A DNA stretch of 64,000 nt from Candidatus Multivoradales bacterium (GTDB lineage: Bacteria; Acidobacteriota; Thermoanaerobaculia; Multivoradales; JAHEKO01): positions 32,001 to 96,000 of the forward strand of contig CBDFIJ010000004.1 of assembly GCA_965248055.1 (NCBI GenBank), read 5' to 3'. This document shows, piece by piece, positions 46,469 through 57,706 of this stretch. Both the position numbers and the translations under genes were made by a program. Numbering within the stretch: position 1 is the first letter of the stretch; each line of letters starts with the position of its first letter. The notes under the pieces are model-generated. The model was not told where the DNA came from. It was given only the letters and a program-made list of their open reading frames with translations, and ran no database searches.

Positions 46469-47520
46469 GCGAAGCGTTTCAACTCGAAGTCCAAGGCCTG
46501 AGCGTTGAGTTCCCGGGGCACGAAGGCGCTCTGCGCGCGGTACGCGATGTTGATTTCTCGCTGTCAAGTGGAGAGTTCGTCGGCTTGGTGGGGGAGTCGG
46601 GGTCGGGCAAATCCGTCACCGCGTTGACTTGCCTGGGGTTGACCCCGGCGCCAGGTCGCATCGCCAGCGGCTCGATCAAGATCCAAGGGCAAGAGTTGCA
46701 GCAAATGTCTGCCGAGGAGCTGCGTCGAGTGCGGGGCGGCCAGATCGGTTTTGTGTTTCAAGAGCCGATGACGGCACTTAATCCGGTCCTGACTGTTGGC
46801 TTTCAGATTCGCGAGGCGATCCGCGCCCACAAATCGGTGACCAAGAAGGAAGCGCAAGGGATTGCCATTGACCTACTGCGCGAGGTCGCCCTGCCCAATC
46901 CGGAGCAAAGAGTTCGCAGCTATCCGCACGAACTTTCCGGCGGGCAGCGTCAGCGGGTCATAGTGGCGATGGCCCTGGCCGCCGAACCCAGGCTCTTGCT
47001 CGCCGATGAGCCCACCACCGCTCTCGACGTAACCATCCAGGCACAGATCTTGGAGTTGTTTCAACGCCTGCGCGAAGAGCGGGGCTTGGGCATTCTGTTG
47101 ATCACCCACGATCTCGGCGTAGTCGCCGAAACTTGCCAGCGGGTGGTGGTGATGTACGCCGGCGAAGTGGTGGAGAAGGCCCCGGTTGAAGAGCTATTTC
47201 GGCACCCGCGTCACCCTTATACCCAAGCGCTGATGGCTGCCCTGCCACGCCTTGATCACCGGCAACAGCGGATGGCAGCGATTGAAGGCATGATCCCCAA
47301 TCCAGCGGCTTTGCCTCCCGGATGCGCCTTCGAGCCGCGCTGCCCCCATGCCTTTGCGCTCTGCGCCGAGAGCACTCCCCCGATCTACTCGATCGCGGCC
47401 GACCGAAGTTCACGTTGCTATCTAGAAGACCCGGAGTTAAGCCCATCCAGTGCCGCCAGCGCCACTGGCGCTGCCATTACCCTTGAAGCAAACACCAACC
47501 CCGAGAGTCCTCAGCCGTGA
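46465..47520 (+). CDS. oppD: Oligo/dipeptide ABC transporter ATPase (OppD/DppD-like)
   Basis: [30 protein letters not shown]-terminal GCAFEPRC. Confidence 0.9.
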   Translation: MSEAFQLEVQGLSVEFPGHEGALRAVRDVDFSLSSGEFVGLVGESGSGKSVTALTCLGLTPAPGRIASGSIKIQGQELQQMSAEELRRVRGGQIGFVFQEPMTALNPVLTVGFQIREAIRAHKSVTKKEAQGIAIDLLREVALPNPEQRVRSYPHELSGGQRQRVIVAMALAAEPRLLLADEPTTALDVTIQAQILELFQRLREERGLGILLITHDLGVVAETCQRVVVMYAGEVVEKAPVEELFRHPRHPYTQALMAALPRLDHRQQRMAAIEGMIPNPAALPPGCAFEPRCPHAFALCAESTPPIYSIAADRSSRCYLEDPELSPSSAASATGAAITLEANTNPESPQP

Positions 47521-48596
47521 CTTTGGGTTCTTCCTCGGAGCAGCGATCACCGGTGTTGTTGCGGACGCGGGGGTTGTCCAAGTCGTTCACCGCCGGTTCA
47601 GGATGGAGTTGGGGCCGCGACCAAGCTCCGGTTCGAGCGCTGGTCGACATCGACCTTGAGCTCCACCATGGAGAGTGCTTGGCAGTGGTAGGTGAGTCGG
47701 GCAGCGGTAAGACCACCTTGGCCCGCTTGCTAATGCGTTTGGATGCTGCCGACTCGGGCACCTTGGAGTTCGATGGCACCGACCTGTTGTCGCTCACTGG
47801 GGGGGCGCTGCGGCGCCAGCGTCGACGATTTCAAATGGTCTTCCAGGATCCCTTTGGCTCGCTCAATCCGAGAATGAAAGTGGGCACTGCGATCGCCGAA
47901 CCGCTCAAAATCCACCACATCGTTCCACCGTCCGGGGTCAAGAAGAGAGTCCTGGAGTTACTCAAAATGGTGGGTTTGGAGAGCGATGTCGCCGAACGTT
48001 ACCCACATCAATTTTCAGGTGGGCAGCGACAACGGATCGGAATCGCTCGTGCGTTGGCCACCGAGCCGGATCTCCTGATTGCCGACGAGCCGGTTTCGGC
48101 GCTCGACGTGTCGGTCCAGGCTCAGGTGCTCAACCTGCTGATGGATCTGCGCCAAGAACTAGGGCTGACCATGCTGTTTATCACCCACGACATGGCGGTG
48201 GTACGACAGGTGGCCGATCGAGTGGCAGTGCTCTATTTGGGGAGAATCGTCGAACAAGGCCCTGCAGATGCGGTGCTCGAGGACGCAGCACACCCCTATA
48301 CCCAATGCTTGCTCGACAGCGTGCCCTATCCCGATCCCAGTCGGGCAAGACTGCGAACCGCGGCCCAAGGCGAGCCCCCTGACCCGGCCCATCCGCCGAC
48401 CGGTTGCGCCTTCCATCCTCGGTGTCCTCGCGCCGAGCAACAGTGTAGGGAAAGGATTCCCGAGCTGGTCGCATCCAACGAAATAATGGGTGGTGATTCG
48501 GACCCAAACGCGAGCTTGATGAGCGCGTGTTTTCTACCCGGTAGGCGGACAGAAATCGCCCGCACAACGGCCACCGAGAAATCCGCACCGGAATAG
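47517..48596 (+). CDS. oppF: Oligo/dipeptide ABC transporter ATPase (OppF/DppF-like)
   Basis: GESGSGKT, YPHQFSGGQRQR, DEPVSALDVS, HPYT, GCAFHPRC. Confidence 0.9.
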   Translation: MTLGSSSEQRSPVLLRTRGLSKSFTAGSGWSWGRDQAPVRALVDIDLELHHGECLAVVGESGSGKTTLARLLMRLDAADSGTLEFDGTDLLSLTGGALRRQRRRFQMVFQDPFGSLNPRMKVGTAIAEPLKIHHIVPPSGVKKRVLELLKMVGLESDVAERYPHQFSGGQRQRIGIARALATEPDLLIADEPVSALDVSVQAQVLNLLMDLRQELGLTMLFITHDMAVVRQVADRVAVLYLGRIVEQGPADAVLEDAAHPYTQCLLDSVPYPDPSRARLRTAAQGEPPDPAHPPTGCAFHPRCPRAEQQCRERIPELVASNEIMGGDSDPNASLMSACFLPGRRTEIARTTATEKSAPE

Positions 48597-48677
48597 CAGG
48601 CCGAGCTGGAACTTTTCCGTTCTCGGTGCGTAGTGTGAAGAGTTGAGCTGCTGATCTGCACAAGGAGGATTCCCAAT

Positions 48678-50246
48678 TTGAGTACGTTTCCATTTTTATC
48701 CATTCGCGCCGCGCTGCTGGCGGTAGTGTTGTTTTTTATTGCCGGAACGATGTCGGCACAATCCGTGACCGTCGAGGACGGGGCGGTCCACCTGTCGTTG
48801 GAAGAGGCGGTCGCACTTTCCCTCGAACGCAACTTAGGGCTCAAAGTTGAACGCTTTCGTTTGCAGGAATCTGAGTGGGCCCTTTCTGGCAGCCAGGGGA
48901 TCTACGACCTCAACTTGACGGGTCGACTGTCTGCGTTTGACGAAGCATCCCCCTCGGCCTCCAATTTGGATGGTGCGGATATTCAGATCTCAGAGCAACA
49001 GGGATGGGTCCTGGGTTTGGAGCAGCTGGTGACAACCGGCGGTAGGCTCAACTTGGATTGGAACAATTCTCGATTTGAATCCAACTCAAGATTCGCCAGC
49101 TTGAATCCTCGCTACCGTTCCGACTTGGACCTGACCTTTACCCAGCCGCTGCTGCGAGACCTGGGAAAGGACAGCACGGACTACCGGATCAAGGTAGCGC
49201 GTAACAATCTTGAGATCTCCAAGGAGACTTTTGAACGCCAGGTCACCACCACGGTGAGCACCGCAAAGCAGCTCTACTGGAATTTAGTCGACGCCAAGCG
49301 CCAGCTTGAAGTCGACACCGATTCTTTGGGGCTCGCGCAGCGTTTGCACCAACAAAACGACATCAAGGTTGAAGTCGGCACGATGGCACCCCTGGAGCTG
49401 GTGCAAAGCAAAGTCGGTGTCGCAGAGCGGGACGAAGCGGTAATCCGTTCTGAAGCGGCGGTTTTCAATGCCGAAGACGCGTTACGCCAGTTTCTGAGCA
49501 TGGAGAGCGAGTACTGGGCGATGGCCATTGAACCGACCACCCCAGCGGAGACCGAGACCATGTCGATTGATGTCGATGCTGGCATCGCCGCAGCGCTGGA
49601 GTACCGTCCCGATCTGCGAACCCAGAGACTCTCGATCGACAATCTAATGCTAGATGAAGAATTCTATCTCAACCAGAGATTGCCGCGCCTCGATCTGTCA
49701 GCGACCTACGGCTACAACGGCCTGGGGGGTGACGTCACTAATCGTGATTTCTTTACCGGGGAGATCTTGGACCAGTCGTCCGGTAGTTACAGCGACGCTC
49801 TGAATCAAGTCACCGGCGGTGACTTCGATGGCTGGAATGTCGCCCTGAATTTGGTGATGCCAATTCAGAACCGATCTGCCGAAGCGCAATCCGCGATCTC
49901 CTCGATCGCCCGGGAGCGTGGTGAAGCAGAGTTGGCAGATCTGGAAGCGACGATCTCCGCTGAGGTACGACGAATCGCTCGTACCGTACAAACCGCCGCT
50001 GCCCTGATTGAGAGTACAACTGCCTCGCGAGGTCTGGCGGAAGAGAACCTGAGCGCTGAGGAAAAACGATTCGAGAACGGGCTCTCCACCAGCTACCAAG
50101 TCCTGGAGATTCAAGAGAATCTGACCCAGGCGCGCACCCGTGAAGTTCTCGCCATTACCGGTTATCGCAAAGCCTACGTCGAGTATCTAAGGGTCACCGG
50201 ACAGTTGCTGGAAGACGCCGGGATCGACGTGGGAACCGATCAGTAG
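48678..50246 (+). CDS. TolC-family outer-membrane efflux protein
   Basis: Signal peptide, LSLEEAVALSLERN, TQPLLR, LPRLDL, EKRFENGLST. Confidence 0.9.
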   Translation: MSTFPFLSIRAALLAVVLFFIAGTMSAQSVTVEDGAVHLSLEEAVALSLERNLGLKVERFRLQESEWALSGSQGIYDLNLTGRLSAFDEASPSASNLDGADIQISEQQGWVLGLEQLVTTGGRLNLDWNNSRFESNSRFASLNPRYRSDLDLTFTQPLLRDLGKDSTDYRIKVARNNLEISKETFERQVTTTVSTAKQLYWNLVDAKRQLEVDTDSLGLAQRLHQQNDIKVEVGTMAPLELVQSKVGVAERDEAVIRSEAAVFNAEDALRQFLSMESEYWAMAIEPTTPAETETMSIDVDAGIAAALEYRPDLRTQRLSIDNLMLDEEFYLNQRLPRLDLSATYGYNGLGGDVTNRDFFTGEILDQSSGSYSDALNQVTGGDFDGWNVALNLVMPIQNRSAEAQSAISSIARERGEAELADLEATISAEVRRIARTVQTAAALIESTTASRGLAEENLSAEEKRFENGLSTSYQVLEIQENLTQARTREVLAITGYRKAYVEYLRVTGQLLEDAGIDVGTDQ

Positions 50247-50309
50247 GCTCGACGATCCGGAGCCGGTAAACTGTGAAGTGTCCCGCTGAAATCGGGATCT
50301 AAGGAGGTT

Positions 50310-51008
50310 GTGATGACAGCGATTCAAAACTTTATCGGAGTGTTGAGTTCCCCCAGTAAGACTTTTGAGGCGATTCGCGCTAACCCCAAATGGGTCGTGG
50401 CCGCAGTGATCCTGATTGCGGTTGCGCTGGCGGGCCAGTTGATCGCTTTTCCCAAGATCGATTGGGAGGAGATCGCTAGAGTCCAAATTGAGGCGTCCAA
50501 TCGCCCAATGACCGAAGCGCAGATTGAGCAGGGCGTGGAAATGGGAGCCAAATTTGGATCATGGGCTGCACTCGGTACCGCGGTTCTGGGTTTCCCAATC
50601 GTGTGGCTGATTACCGCGTTACTGATGTGGGTGCTGATCCGGATGCTCGGCGGCCTGGACCTGAGTTACCCCCAGAGCCTCGCGACCACTATCTATTCCA
50701 TGGCTCCCTGGATCATCCACACTATTCTGTCCATCCCCTTGCTGTTGATGCGCAAGGAGATTTCCGCTGAGGAACTACAATCCGGTGGGGTACTCAAACA
50801 CGGCCTGGCTTCGTTTATTGACGCCGAAGGACCGATGCTGCAATTTCTCACCTCGTTCAATGTCTTCACCATTTGGACCGTGATCTTGATGGGGATAGGT
50901 TTTGCAATCGTCGGCAAGGTATCCAAGGGAAAAGCGTTTGGTGCCGTCCTCGCTGTCTGGGTGATCGGAATTCTGCTCAAGGTTGGAAGCGCCAGCTTGG
51001 GTGGCTAG
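50310..51008 (+). CDS. Yip1-family (YknW-like) membrane protein
   Basis: VLSSPSKTFEAI start, about 5 TM segments, inside a MacAB-like operon. Confidence 0.8.
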   Translation: MMTAIQNFIGVLSSPSKTFEAIRANPKWVVAAVILIAVALAGQLIAFPKIDWEEIARVQIEASNRPMTEAQIEQGVEMGAKFGSWAALGTAVLGFPIVWLITALLMWVLIRMLGGLDLSYPQSLATTIYSMAPWIIHTILSIPLLLMRKEISAEELQSGGVLKHGLASFIDAEGPMLQFLTSFNVFTIWTVILMGIGFAIVGKVSKGKAFGAVLAVWVIGILLKVGSASLGG

Positions 51009-51041
51009 TCGGCTGATCGACTGCAGCAGGAGCGCACGAAA

Positions 51042-52232
51042 ATGAAACGCACTTGGATCATCATTGGTGTGGTCGCGCTGTTAGCCGCGATCGTTGCCGC
51101 CAGCTTTTTTGGCAGCAATCGTAAGCCGAAAGGGGAGCGCGCCTATTTAGAGACGGTTGAGCGGCAGACCATCCAACGGGTGGTCAAGGCTCGGGGCGAA
51201 GTCGACCCTCGGGTCAAGGTCGATCTGTCTGCTCACGTAATTGCCAAGATCGAAACCCTGCATGTCAAGGAGGGCGATGACGTAGTCGCCGGTCGGCCGG
51301 TGGTCGATCTTGAGAAAGAAAACTTCGCCGCCAACCGCAAGCGAGCGGCTGCCGATCTACAGATTCAGCAGTCACGGTGGCGCCAGGCAGAAATCGAGGT
51401 CGAGGACCAGCAATTGAAGCTGGCCCGTGTTGAACGCCTATTTGCCGAGCAGATCTTTTCCCAAGGCGATCTGGAGGCGGCACAATTGGCGACTCGCTCG
51501 GCTGAACTACGGCGCGAACAGGCGCGCAGTGGAATCCTCCAGGCTCGCGCGACCCTCGACAAAGCCACCGACGACCTGGAGAAAACCACGATCTACGCGC
51601 CGATCTCTGGCCGGGTGATTCAGCTCAACGCCGAAGAGGGCGAGGTGGTGGTTTCCGGCACCATGAATAACCCTGCCTCGGTGATCGGCACTATCGCCGA
51701 TCTTTCCGAACTGCTGGCAGTGGTCGATGTTGATGAGACCGAAATCATCCATGTGCAACTCGACCAAGAGGCGGTTCTCCATGTCGACGCCAACCGAGAG
51801 GTTCGTTATCAGGGGCGAGTGGTGGAAATCGGCAATGCAGGTTTTGAACGCGCCGGCCAGCGCGATGTGACTTTCTTCGAGGTCAAGGTCCTGTTCACCA
51901 ATCCCGACGATGCTTTGAAAGCAGGCATGTCGGTGCGCGCGGAGATTGAGACCGCCGAAGTGGAGGACGCCTTGGTGGTTCCAGTGCAAGCGGTGATTCA
52001 GCGCAGTCTCGATGACTCTGACCAAGAGCAGTCGGTTGTTCTTACCGTGGTCTACGGCACCGTCAGCGAGGCCCCCATCACCACCGGAATTTCCAACATC
52101 ACCCACATCCAGGTTCTCAGTGGCGTGGAGGAAGGAGCCCAAGTGGTCACCGGACCGCACCGGGTGCAACGAGACCTCGAGGCGGGCGATTCGGTGCGAG
52201 AACGTCGTGGTGACGACGACGAGGACGAATAG
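51042..52232 (+). CDS. MacA-like periplasmic adaptor (MFP)
   Basis: N-terminal anchor, [27 protein letters not shown]. Confidence 0.92.
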   Translation: MKRTWIIIGVVALLAAIVAASFFGSNRKPKGERAYLETVERQTIQRVVKARGEVDPRVKVDLSAHVIAKIETLHVKEGDDVVAGRPVVDLEKENFAANRKRAAADLQIQQSRWRQAEIEVEDQQLKLARVERLFAEQIFSQGDLEAAQLATRSAELRREQARSGILQARATLDKATDDLEKTTIYAPISGRVIQLNAEEGEVVVSGTMNNPASVIGTIADLSELLAVVDVDETEIIHVQLDQEAVLHVDANREVRYQGRVVEIGNAGFERAGQRDVTFFEVKVLFTNPDDALKAGMSVRAEIETAEVEDALVVPVQAVIQRSLDDSDQEQSVVLTVVYGTVSEAPITTGISNITHIQVLSGVEEGAQVVTGPHRVQRDLEAGDSVRERRGDDDEDE

Positions 52233-52915
52233 TGTCGCTGATCGAACTCCGGGGAGTTCGCAAGACCTACCAGATGGGGCAGGAGACGATTCACGCCTTG
52301 GATGGAATCGACTTAGATATTGAAAACGGCGAGTACCTTGCCATCATGGGAGCTTCGGGATCCGGCAAGTCGACGATGATGAACGTGGTCGGTTGCCTGG
52401 ATCCACCGACTGAGGGCACCTACGTCCTCGATGGGGAGTCGGTAGACCAACTGTCCGATGAGGAGCTGGCCGGGATTCGCAACCGAAAGATCGGCTTTGT
52501 CTTCCAGACCTTTAACTTGTTGGCGCGCACCGACGCCCTGCGCAACGTCGAGTTGCCGTTGATCTATGCCGGACGCAAACGCTCCGAGCGGCGCGCGGCG
52601 GCGCGTAGAGCCCTAGAACAGGTCGGGCTGGGGGATCGTGTCGACCATCGTCCCAGTGAACTCTCTGGCGGCCAACGCCAACGGGTGGCTTTGGCGCGAG
52701 CCCTGGTCAACAATCCTTCGATCCTTCTCGCCGACGAACCCACCGGTAATCTCGACAGCGCTACCTCGGAAGAAATCATGGAGCTGTTTAGCAGCCTCCA
52801 CCAGCAAGGCAACACCGTGATCTTGGTGACCCATGAACACGACATCGCCGCCCACTGCCATCGAATCATCAGCTTGAAAGACGGCAAGGTTTTGAGTGAC
52901 GTGAGGAAGAGCTAG
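52232..52915 (+). CDS. MacB/LolD-like ABC ATPase
   Basis: [36 protein letters not shown]. Confidence 0.95.
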   Translation: MSLIELRGVRKTYQMGQETIHALDGIDLDIENGEYLAIMGASGSGKSTMMNVVGCLDPPTEGTYVLDGESVDQLSDEELAGIRNRKIGFVFQTFNLLARTDALRNVELPLIYAGRKRSERRAAARRALEQVGLGDRVDHRPSELSGGQRQRVALARALVNNPSILLADEPTGNLDSATSEEIMELFSSLHQQGNTVILVTHEHDIAAHCHRIISLKDGKVLSDVRKS

Positions 52916-54135
52916 TGTTTCTCGAAGCCATCCGTTTGGCGCTCAGCGCTCTCTGGGCCAACAAGACTCGCGCGATCTTGACCATGCTCGGGATCTCGAT
53001 CGGCATCGCAGCGGTGATCGCAGTGGTTTCGGTGGTGCAGGGTCTGCAGTACTTCCTGGTCGGCCAAATTGAATCCCTGGGGGCCAACTTCATCATCATT
53101 CAGCCTAAGTTGGAGCAATTTCAAGGTCCGGGCATGGTCACCAAGCAGGTCAAGCTGACTTGGGAAGACGGGCAAATCATCCGTGACGAAGTTCCGGGAG
53201 TGGACGTCATCACGCCACAGATGTTTGGCAACCAACAAGCCAAGTACCGAGATCGCCAGCACTCAATGTTTGTCGTAGGCGTAAATCCAGAGTGGTCGGA
53301 GATGCACGACTTCAGTGTTGAGGTCGGCCGTTTCTTTACCAATACAGATCTCGCCGAGCGCCACAAAGTCGTTGTGGTGGGGCAGAAAGTGGCTGACGAG
53401 CTACGCCTAGGAGACGACCCAGTCGGCAAAGAAATCTACGTCGGCAACCTGTCGGCCACTGTAATCGGGGTGATGGAAGAAAAGGGCCAATCGCTCGGCA
53501 CAGACATGGACGACTTCGTATTCGCTCCCTTCGACACCGCCTTGCTAATCTTCGGCAAGGAAGCTGCCGACCAAGTGCAGTTGAGATTGCGCACCACCAG
53601 CGCCGAAAACGTTGAACAGGTCCGGGAAGACATAACCCGAGTGCTGCGCCGATTACACGGCCTGCAGGGAGATGCTGAGGACGACTTCACGATCCAACTA
53701 CAAGACGAAATCGTAGACCTCTTTTCCGGGGTGCTCAATGCGGTCACCGCGGTCGCTGCCGCCATTGTTGCGGTATCGCTGATTGTTGCCGGCGTCGGCA
53801 TCATGAACATCATGCTGGTGTCGGTCACTGAACGCACTCGCGAGATCGGTATTCGTAAGGCGGTGGGCGCGCGACGCGGCAACATCCTGTCGCAGTTTCT
53901 GGTCGAGGCGGTGGTGTTATCCCTGGTCGGGGGCGCGATTGGTATCGCCGTTGGCTACGGCCTTGGCGCATTGGTCATCGCCCTATTGCCGGTTAGCTTA
54001 CCGTCGGCTCACGTACCTTTGTGGGCGATCCTGACTGCTTTTGGTTTTTGCGCCCTGGTGGGTGTCTTCTTCGGTATTTATCCTGCTAGCAAGGCAGCCC
54101 GTCTGCACCCGATCGACGCTCTGCGCTACGAATAG
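52915..54135 (+). CDS. MacB/FtsX-like ABC permease
   Basis: LTMLGISIG, GIMNIMLVSVTERTREIGIRKAVGA, YPASKAARLHPIDALRYE. Confidence 0.95.
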   Translation: MFLEAIRLALSALWANKTRAILTMLGISIGIAAVIAVVSVVQGLQYFLVGQIESLGANFIIIQPKLEQFQGPGMVTKQVKLTWEDGQIIRDEVPGVDVITPQMFGNQQAKYRDRQHSMFVVGVNPEWSEMHDFSVEVGRFFTNTDLAERHKVVVVGQKVADELRLGDDPVGKEIYVGNLSATVIGVMEEKGQSLGTDMDDFVFAPFDTALLIFGKEAADQVQLRLRTTSAENVEQVREDITRVLRRLHGLQGDAEDDFTIQLQDEIVDLFSGVLNAVTAVAAAIVAVSLIVAGVGIMNIMLVSVTERTREIGIRKAVGARRGNILSQFLVEAVVLSLVGGAIGIAVGYGLGALVIALLPVSLPSAHVPLWAILTAFGFCALVGVFFGIYPASKAARLHPIDALRYE

Positions 54136-54252
54136 ACGGAAGCAACCCCTGGCGCTCGCCTGCTTGTGTCATTAGCAGGTCAGCGTTACCCTGACGTTAA
54201 CGATCCGCACTCAGCCGCTGCCACCGGCTTGAGTCAAAACAGGGAGCTGAGA

Positions 54253-55962
54253 ATGAAGAACTACAAATGGAGTCTTGGTCGTTTTGCGATCGGCGCACTG
54301 GTTTTGTCGCTGCTGTTGGCTGGGGCGCCAGCCGAAGGCCAGATCCATGACCCGAGGGCGATTGATTCCGATCCAGCTACCGCTCAGGAACCCATCGCCC
54401 CGAAACTGGGGGGTTTGAGTGATTACCACTTCGAGGTCACCACCTCGAACCCGGAGTCACAAGCTTTCTTTGACCAAGGTTTGCGTCTGACCTATGGCTT
54501 CAATCATTCCGAAGCTCTGCGAGCGTTCAAAGAAGCGATTCGGCTTGACCCCAACAACGCCATGGCCCACTGGGGTTGGGCGCTGGCTTTAGGACCCAAC
54601 CTCAACTTGCCGATGATGCCGGACGTCGTGCCCCAAGCGCTGGACGCGATGCAACGGGCTCAGAACTTGGCGTCTGGAGTGAGTGATCAAGAACGCGACT
54701 TCATCGCCGCTTTGGCGACTCGCTATACCGACGACCCCGAAGCCGACCGATCGAGTTTCGATCAGGCCTACGCATCGGCGATGGAGAAGTTGTTCGCAAA
54801 GTATCCAGACAGTGCTGACGCCGGAACCCTTTACGGGGCCGCAATCATGAATACCACTCCGTGGAACTACTGGAATCGAGACGGCAGCCCTAAGCCCGCT
54901 GCCGAGCGCATGTTGCAGGTATTTGAACAGGTACTTCAACTCAACCCCGATCATCCCGGAGCTTTGCACTATTGGATCCACGCGGTCGAGGCGGTGCATC
55001 CGAAACGGGCGGTGGAAGCCGCCGACCGCCTTCTTCCTTTGATGCCGGGTATCGGTCACATGGTGCACATGCCCTCGCACATCTACATGCGGGTCGGCCG
55101 CTATGCAGACGCCTACGACGCCAACTTTGCCGCAGTCGAGGCCGACGAGGACTACATCACCCAGTGCCGAGCCCAGGGCATGTATCCACTTAACTACTAC
55201 CCGCACAACCAGCACTTCCTAGCTTGGGCGGCGATGTTCCAAGGTCGCAAGGAGGAAGCGATGAAAGCCTCCAGAGCGGTCGCCAACGGCATCCCCAACG
55301 CGTCGACGAATGAGGGGCGCGGTGCAGTTTGGAACCTCTATGAGACCTTCCGCAGCCAACCGATGTACACCATGGGCCGCTTCGGTATGTGGCAGGAAGC
55401 TCTTCGTGAGCCCGCCCCCGAAGCTAGCGCCCTGTTCATGAATGGCGTTTGGCGATACGTGCGTTCGTTGGCGCATACTCACACTGGCAACCTGCGCAAA
55501 GCGCGCAAAGAACTCAAATACTTGCGCCAACTGCAGTCCCAGGTAGCAGCGCACCCGGATTACACCATCGGCTTTGGTTCCGCCACCACCATGCTCACCA
55601 TCGCCTCCGAAATCGCCGCTGGCGAGATTGCCGCGGCCAAAGGCGACTACACCGAAGCCTTGGCCCACCTGGAAACCGGCGTTCGTCTGGAAGACAGTTT
55701 GCTCTACAACGAACCCCCCGACTGGTATTTCCCGGTGCGCCACATCCTCGGCGCCGTACTTCTCGAAGCCGGCCGAGCCACCGAAGCCGAAGTCATCTAC
55801 TGGGCCGATCTGGCCAAGAATCCTGAGAACGGCTTCGCACTGTTTGGACTGGAAAGGGCCCTCAGAGCGCAGGGGAAAACCGATCTTGCTGACCAGACAG
55901 CAGAACGCTTCACGATAGCTTGGGCAAGCGCGGATGGAGCACTCAAGTCTTCGCGCTATTGA
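54253..55962 (+). CDS. Exported TPR-repeat protein
   Basis: Signal peptide; FDQGLRLTYGFNHSEA, HPGALHYWIH, HMVHMPSHIY, YNEPPDW; helical repeats. Confidence 0.85.
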   Translation: MKNYKWSLGRFAIGALVLSLLLAGAPAEGQIHDPRAIDSDPATAQEPIAPKLGGLSDYHFEVTTSNPESQAFFDQGLRLTYGFNHSEALRAFKEAIRLDPNNAMAHWGWALALGPNLNLPMMPDVVPQALDAMQRAQNLASGVSDQERDFIAALATRYTDDPEADRSSFDQAYASAMEKLFAKYPDSADAGTLYGAAIMNTTPWNYWNRDGSPKPAAERMLQVFEQVLQLNPDHPGALHYWIHAVEAVHPKRAVEAADRLLPLMPGIGHMVHMPSHIYMRVGRYADAYDANFAAVEADEDYITQCRAQGMYPLNYYPHNQHFLAWAAMFQGRKEEAMKASRAVANGIPNASTNEGRGAVWNLYETFRSQPMYTMGRFGMWQEALREPAPEASALFMNGVWRYVRSLAHTHTGNLRKARKELKYLRQLQSQVAAHPDYTIGFGSATTMLTIASEIAAGEIAAAKGDYTEALAHLETGVRLEDSLLYNEPPDWYFPVRHILGAVLLEAGRATEAEVIYWADLAKNPENGFALFGLERALRAQGKTDLADQTAERFTIAWASADGALKSSRY

Positions 55963-56094
55963 CCGCCTGTCGGTATCCGCACGAACGGTAATCTCTTTCC
56001 TCGGATCTTCGTAGGAGGGGCTTGTCCCCTCCCGAATTCGTAGGGACTAGAGTTCGCCTGTTGGAAATTCGTATCCTGTCACCGTATTTTTTCC
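55719..56094 (+). repeat. Repeat A, copy 1 (native TPR 3' end + REP hairpin + CCTGTCACC end motif)
   Basis: Matches 57712-58089 and 59902-60175; hairpin GTAG-GAGGGG-CTTGT-CCCCTC at 56011-56033. Confidence 0.95.
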
Positions 56095-56237
56095 TCTTCT
56101 CGAAGCTATTCACGGAAAACTCTTCGACTGGGTGCTCTGGCTTAACGCCGAAAGGCCCCACTGGAGCCACGGACAAAAATCACCACTACAGTACGTAGAT
56201 GACATACCGATCAGTGCATATGTCCTGGACGCATATA
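56095..56237 (+). pseudogene. 3' tail of an IS481-like transposase with terminal remnant
   Basis: KLFDWVLWLNAERPHWSHGQKSPLQY resembles the YN-x-x-RPH tail of rve integrases; followed by GTGCATATGTCCTGGACGCATA. Confidence 0.55.
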
Positions 56238-56334
56238 TTGAGTTGACAGGTTTAACGCCAACACATAGCCTTATTTTGGCAGAAACTATGACGACCAACA
56301 TGACCATCTTAAGCGTAGTGCTTTGAGGCGAGCC

Positions 56335-57483
56335 GTGACGAACCAATACCCGCACATAAGTTTTCGACGCACCTGGGGCTTGCCAGCAGGCGTTCACTAC
56401 CAGCTGGGAGAGTGCAGAGGGATCAACCGCGCGATCTCTGGAATGCCGATTCCCCCTCTTTATCACAGAGAACTTCTTCGGGTGTCCTTGCGAAAAGGTG
56501 CCATAGCCACAACAGCGATTGAGGGTAATAGCCTCACCGAGGGCGAGGTCAAGCGAATCGAAAGAGGTGAATCGCTCCCTCCAAGCAAGGCTTATCAGGA
56601 AAAGGAAGTAAAAAATGTTCTCGGTGCAATGAACATATTGTTCAATGAAGTGGTCGGCGAGAGACTAGGAGCCCCAATCACAGCCGACGTCATTCGCCGG
56701 TTCCACCACCTGTTAGGAAAAGACCTTGGTAAGCACTTTGACGCCATTCCAGGGAGATGGCGAGAAGATGCTCGGGTGGTGGGCTCATATCGATGTCCTG
56801 ACCATCGCATGGTGCCCAACTTAATCGATCAACTTTGTCAATGGCTACCAGAGTTTGGATACGGGTCCGAACAGCAGTCCTTCGAAGACGCTGTTATTCA
56901 AGCCGTCGTAACCCATGTATACATTGAATGGATACATCCATTTGGCGACGGAAACGGGAGAACTGGTCGCCTCCTTGAGTTTTACATTCTTTTGCGTGCT
57001 GGCAACCCCGACATCTCGTCCCATATTCTTTCAAATTTCTATAACGAAACCCGACCAGAATACTACCGACAAATAGGGCATGCATCGAGGAATGGAGGAG
57101 ACCTCACTGACTTCATTACCTATGCAGTCCAAGGCTTTAGAGACGGCCTGCTGGAAACGCTAGCGACAATTCAAGCCAGTGTCTTTGCAACGTCCTGGAA
57201 GAGCTATATCTATGACATGTTTGCAGGTGAGAAATACCGCAAAGATATATTCAAGAGGCGACGAGAACTTGCTTTGAATATGCCTCTCAATGGAGAACTT
57301 GCTGCTGAACAACTGGCTATTCTCACATCAAACCTCGCGCGCCGATACGCGAGGGTGACGGAGCGAACTCTAAAGCGAGATCTGTCTGCACTTGTTTCGC
57401 TTGGCCTAGTAGTAAAGTCCAAGGGTAAATATCGCGCAAATATTGCCGCACTGGAACCGAACCTACCGAAACAGCTCGACTAG
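56335..57483 (+). CDS. Fic-family protein with C-terminal HTH
   Basis: HPFGDGNGRTGR canonical Fic motif; TTAIEGN inhibitory-helix-like motif; TERTLKRDLSALV HTH; putative promoter TTGACA-17 bp-TAGCCT at 56243-56271. Confidence 0.93.
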   Translation: MTNQYPHISFRRTWGLPAGVHYQLGECRGINRAISGMPIPPLYHRELLRVSLRKGAIATTAIEGNSLTEGEVKRIERGESLPPSKAYQEKEVKNVLGAMNILFNEVVGERLGAPITADVIRRFHHLLGKDLGKHFDAIPGRWREDARVVGSYRCPDHRMVPNLIDQLCQWLPEFGYGSEQQSFEDAVIQAVVTHVYIEWIHPFGDGNGRTGRLLEFYILLRAGNPDISSHILSNFYNETRPEYYRQIGHASRNGGDLTDFITYAVQGFRDGLLETLATIQASVFATSWKSYIYDMFAGEKYRKDIFKRRRELALNMPLNGELAAEQLAILTSNLARRYARVTERTLKRDLSALVSLGLVVKSKGKYRANIAALEPNLPKQLD

Positions 57484-57674
57484 CTGACGCGAAGAATGAC
57501 TTATCAGATTCCTCTTGCCCTGTCGTGAGGGTGACTGAGCATCACTACGCTAATAAGCGGGTGCAGCATTAGCTCCTTGGTTTCAATTGCGAAGTAAACG
57601 CTGTTTTGGGGAGTCGCTCGAAAGTTGATGACGTGCAACCTGCCACCCCCGGCTCCCCACACAACCTCTAAGGG

Positions 57675-57706
57675 ATGGGGACACAATAAAAGGATTGTGT
57701 CCCCAT
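57675..57706. repeat. Perfect 13-bp inverted repeat at a cassette junction
   Basis: ATGGGGACACAAT-AAAAGG-ATTGTGTCCCCAT followed by TTTC, then repeat A copy 2. Confidence 0.9.
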
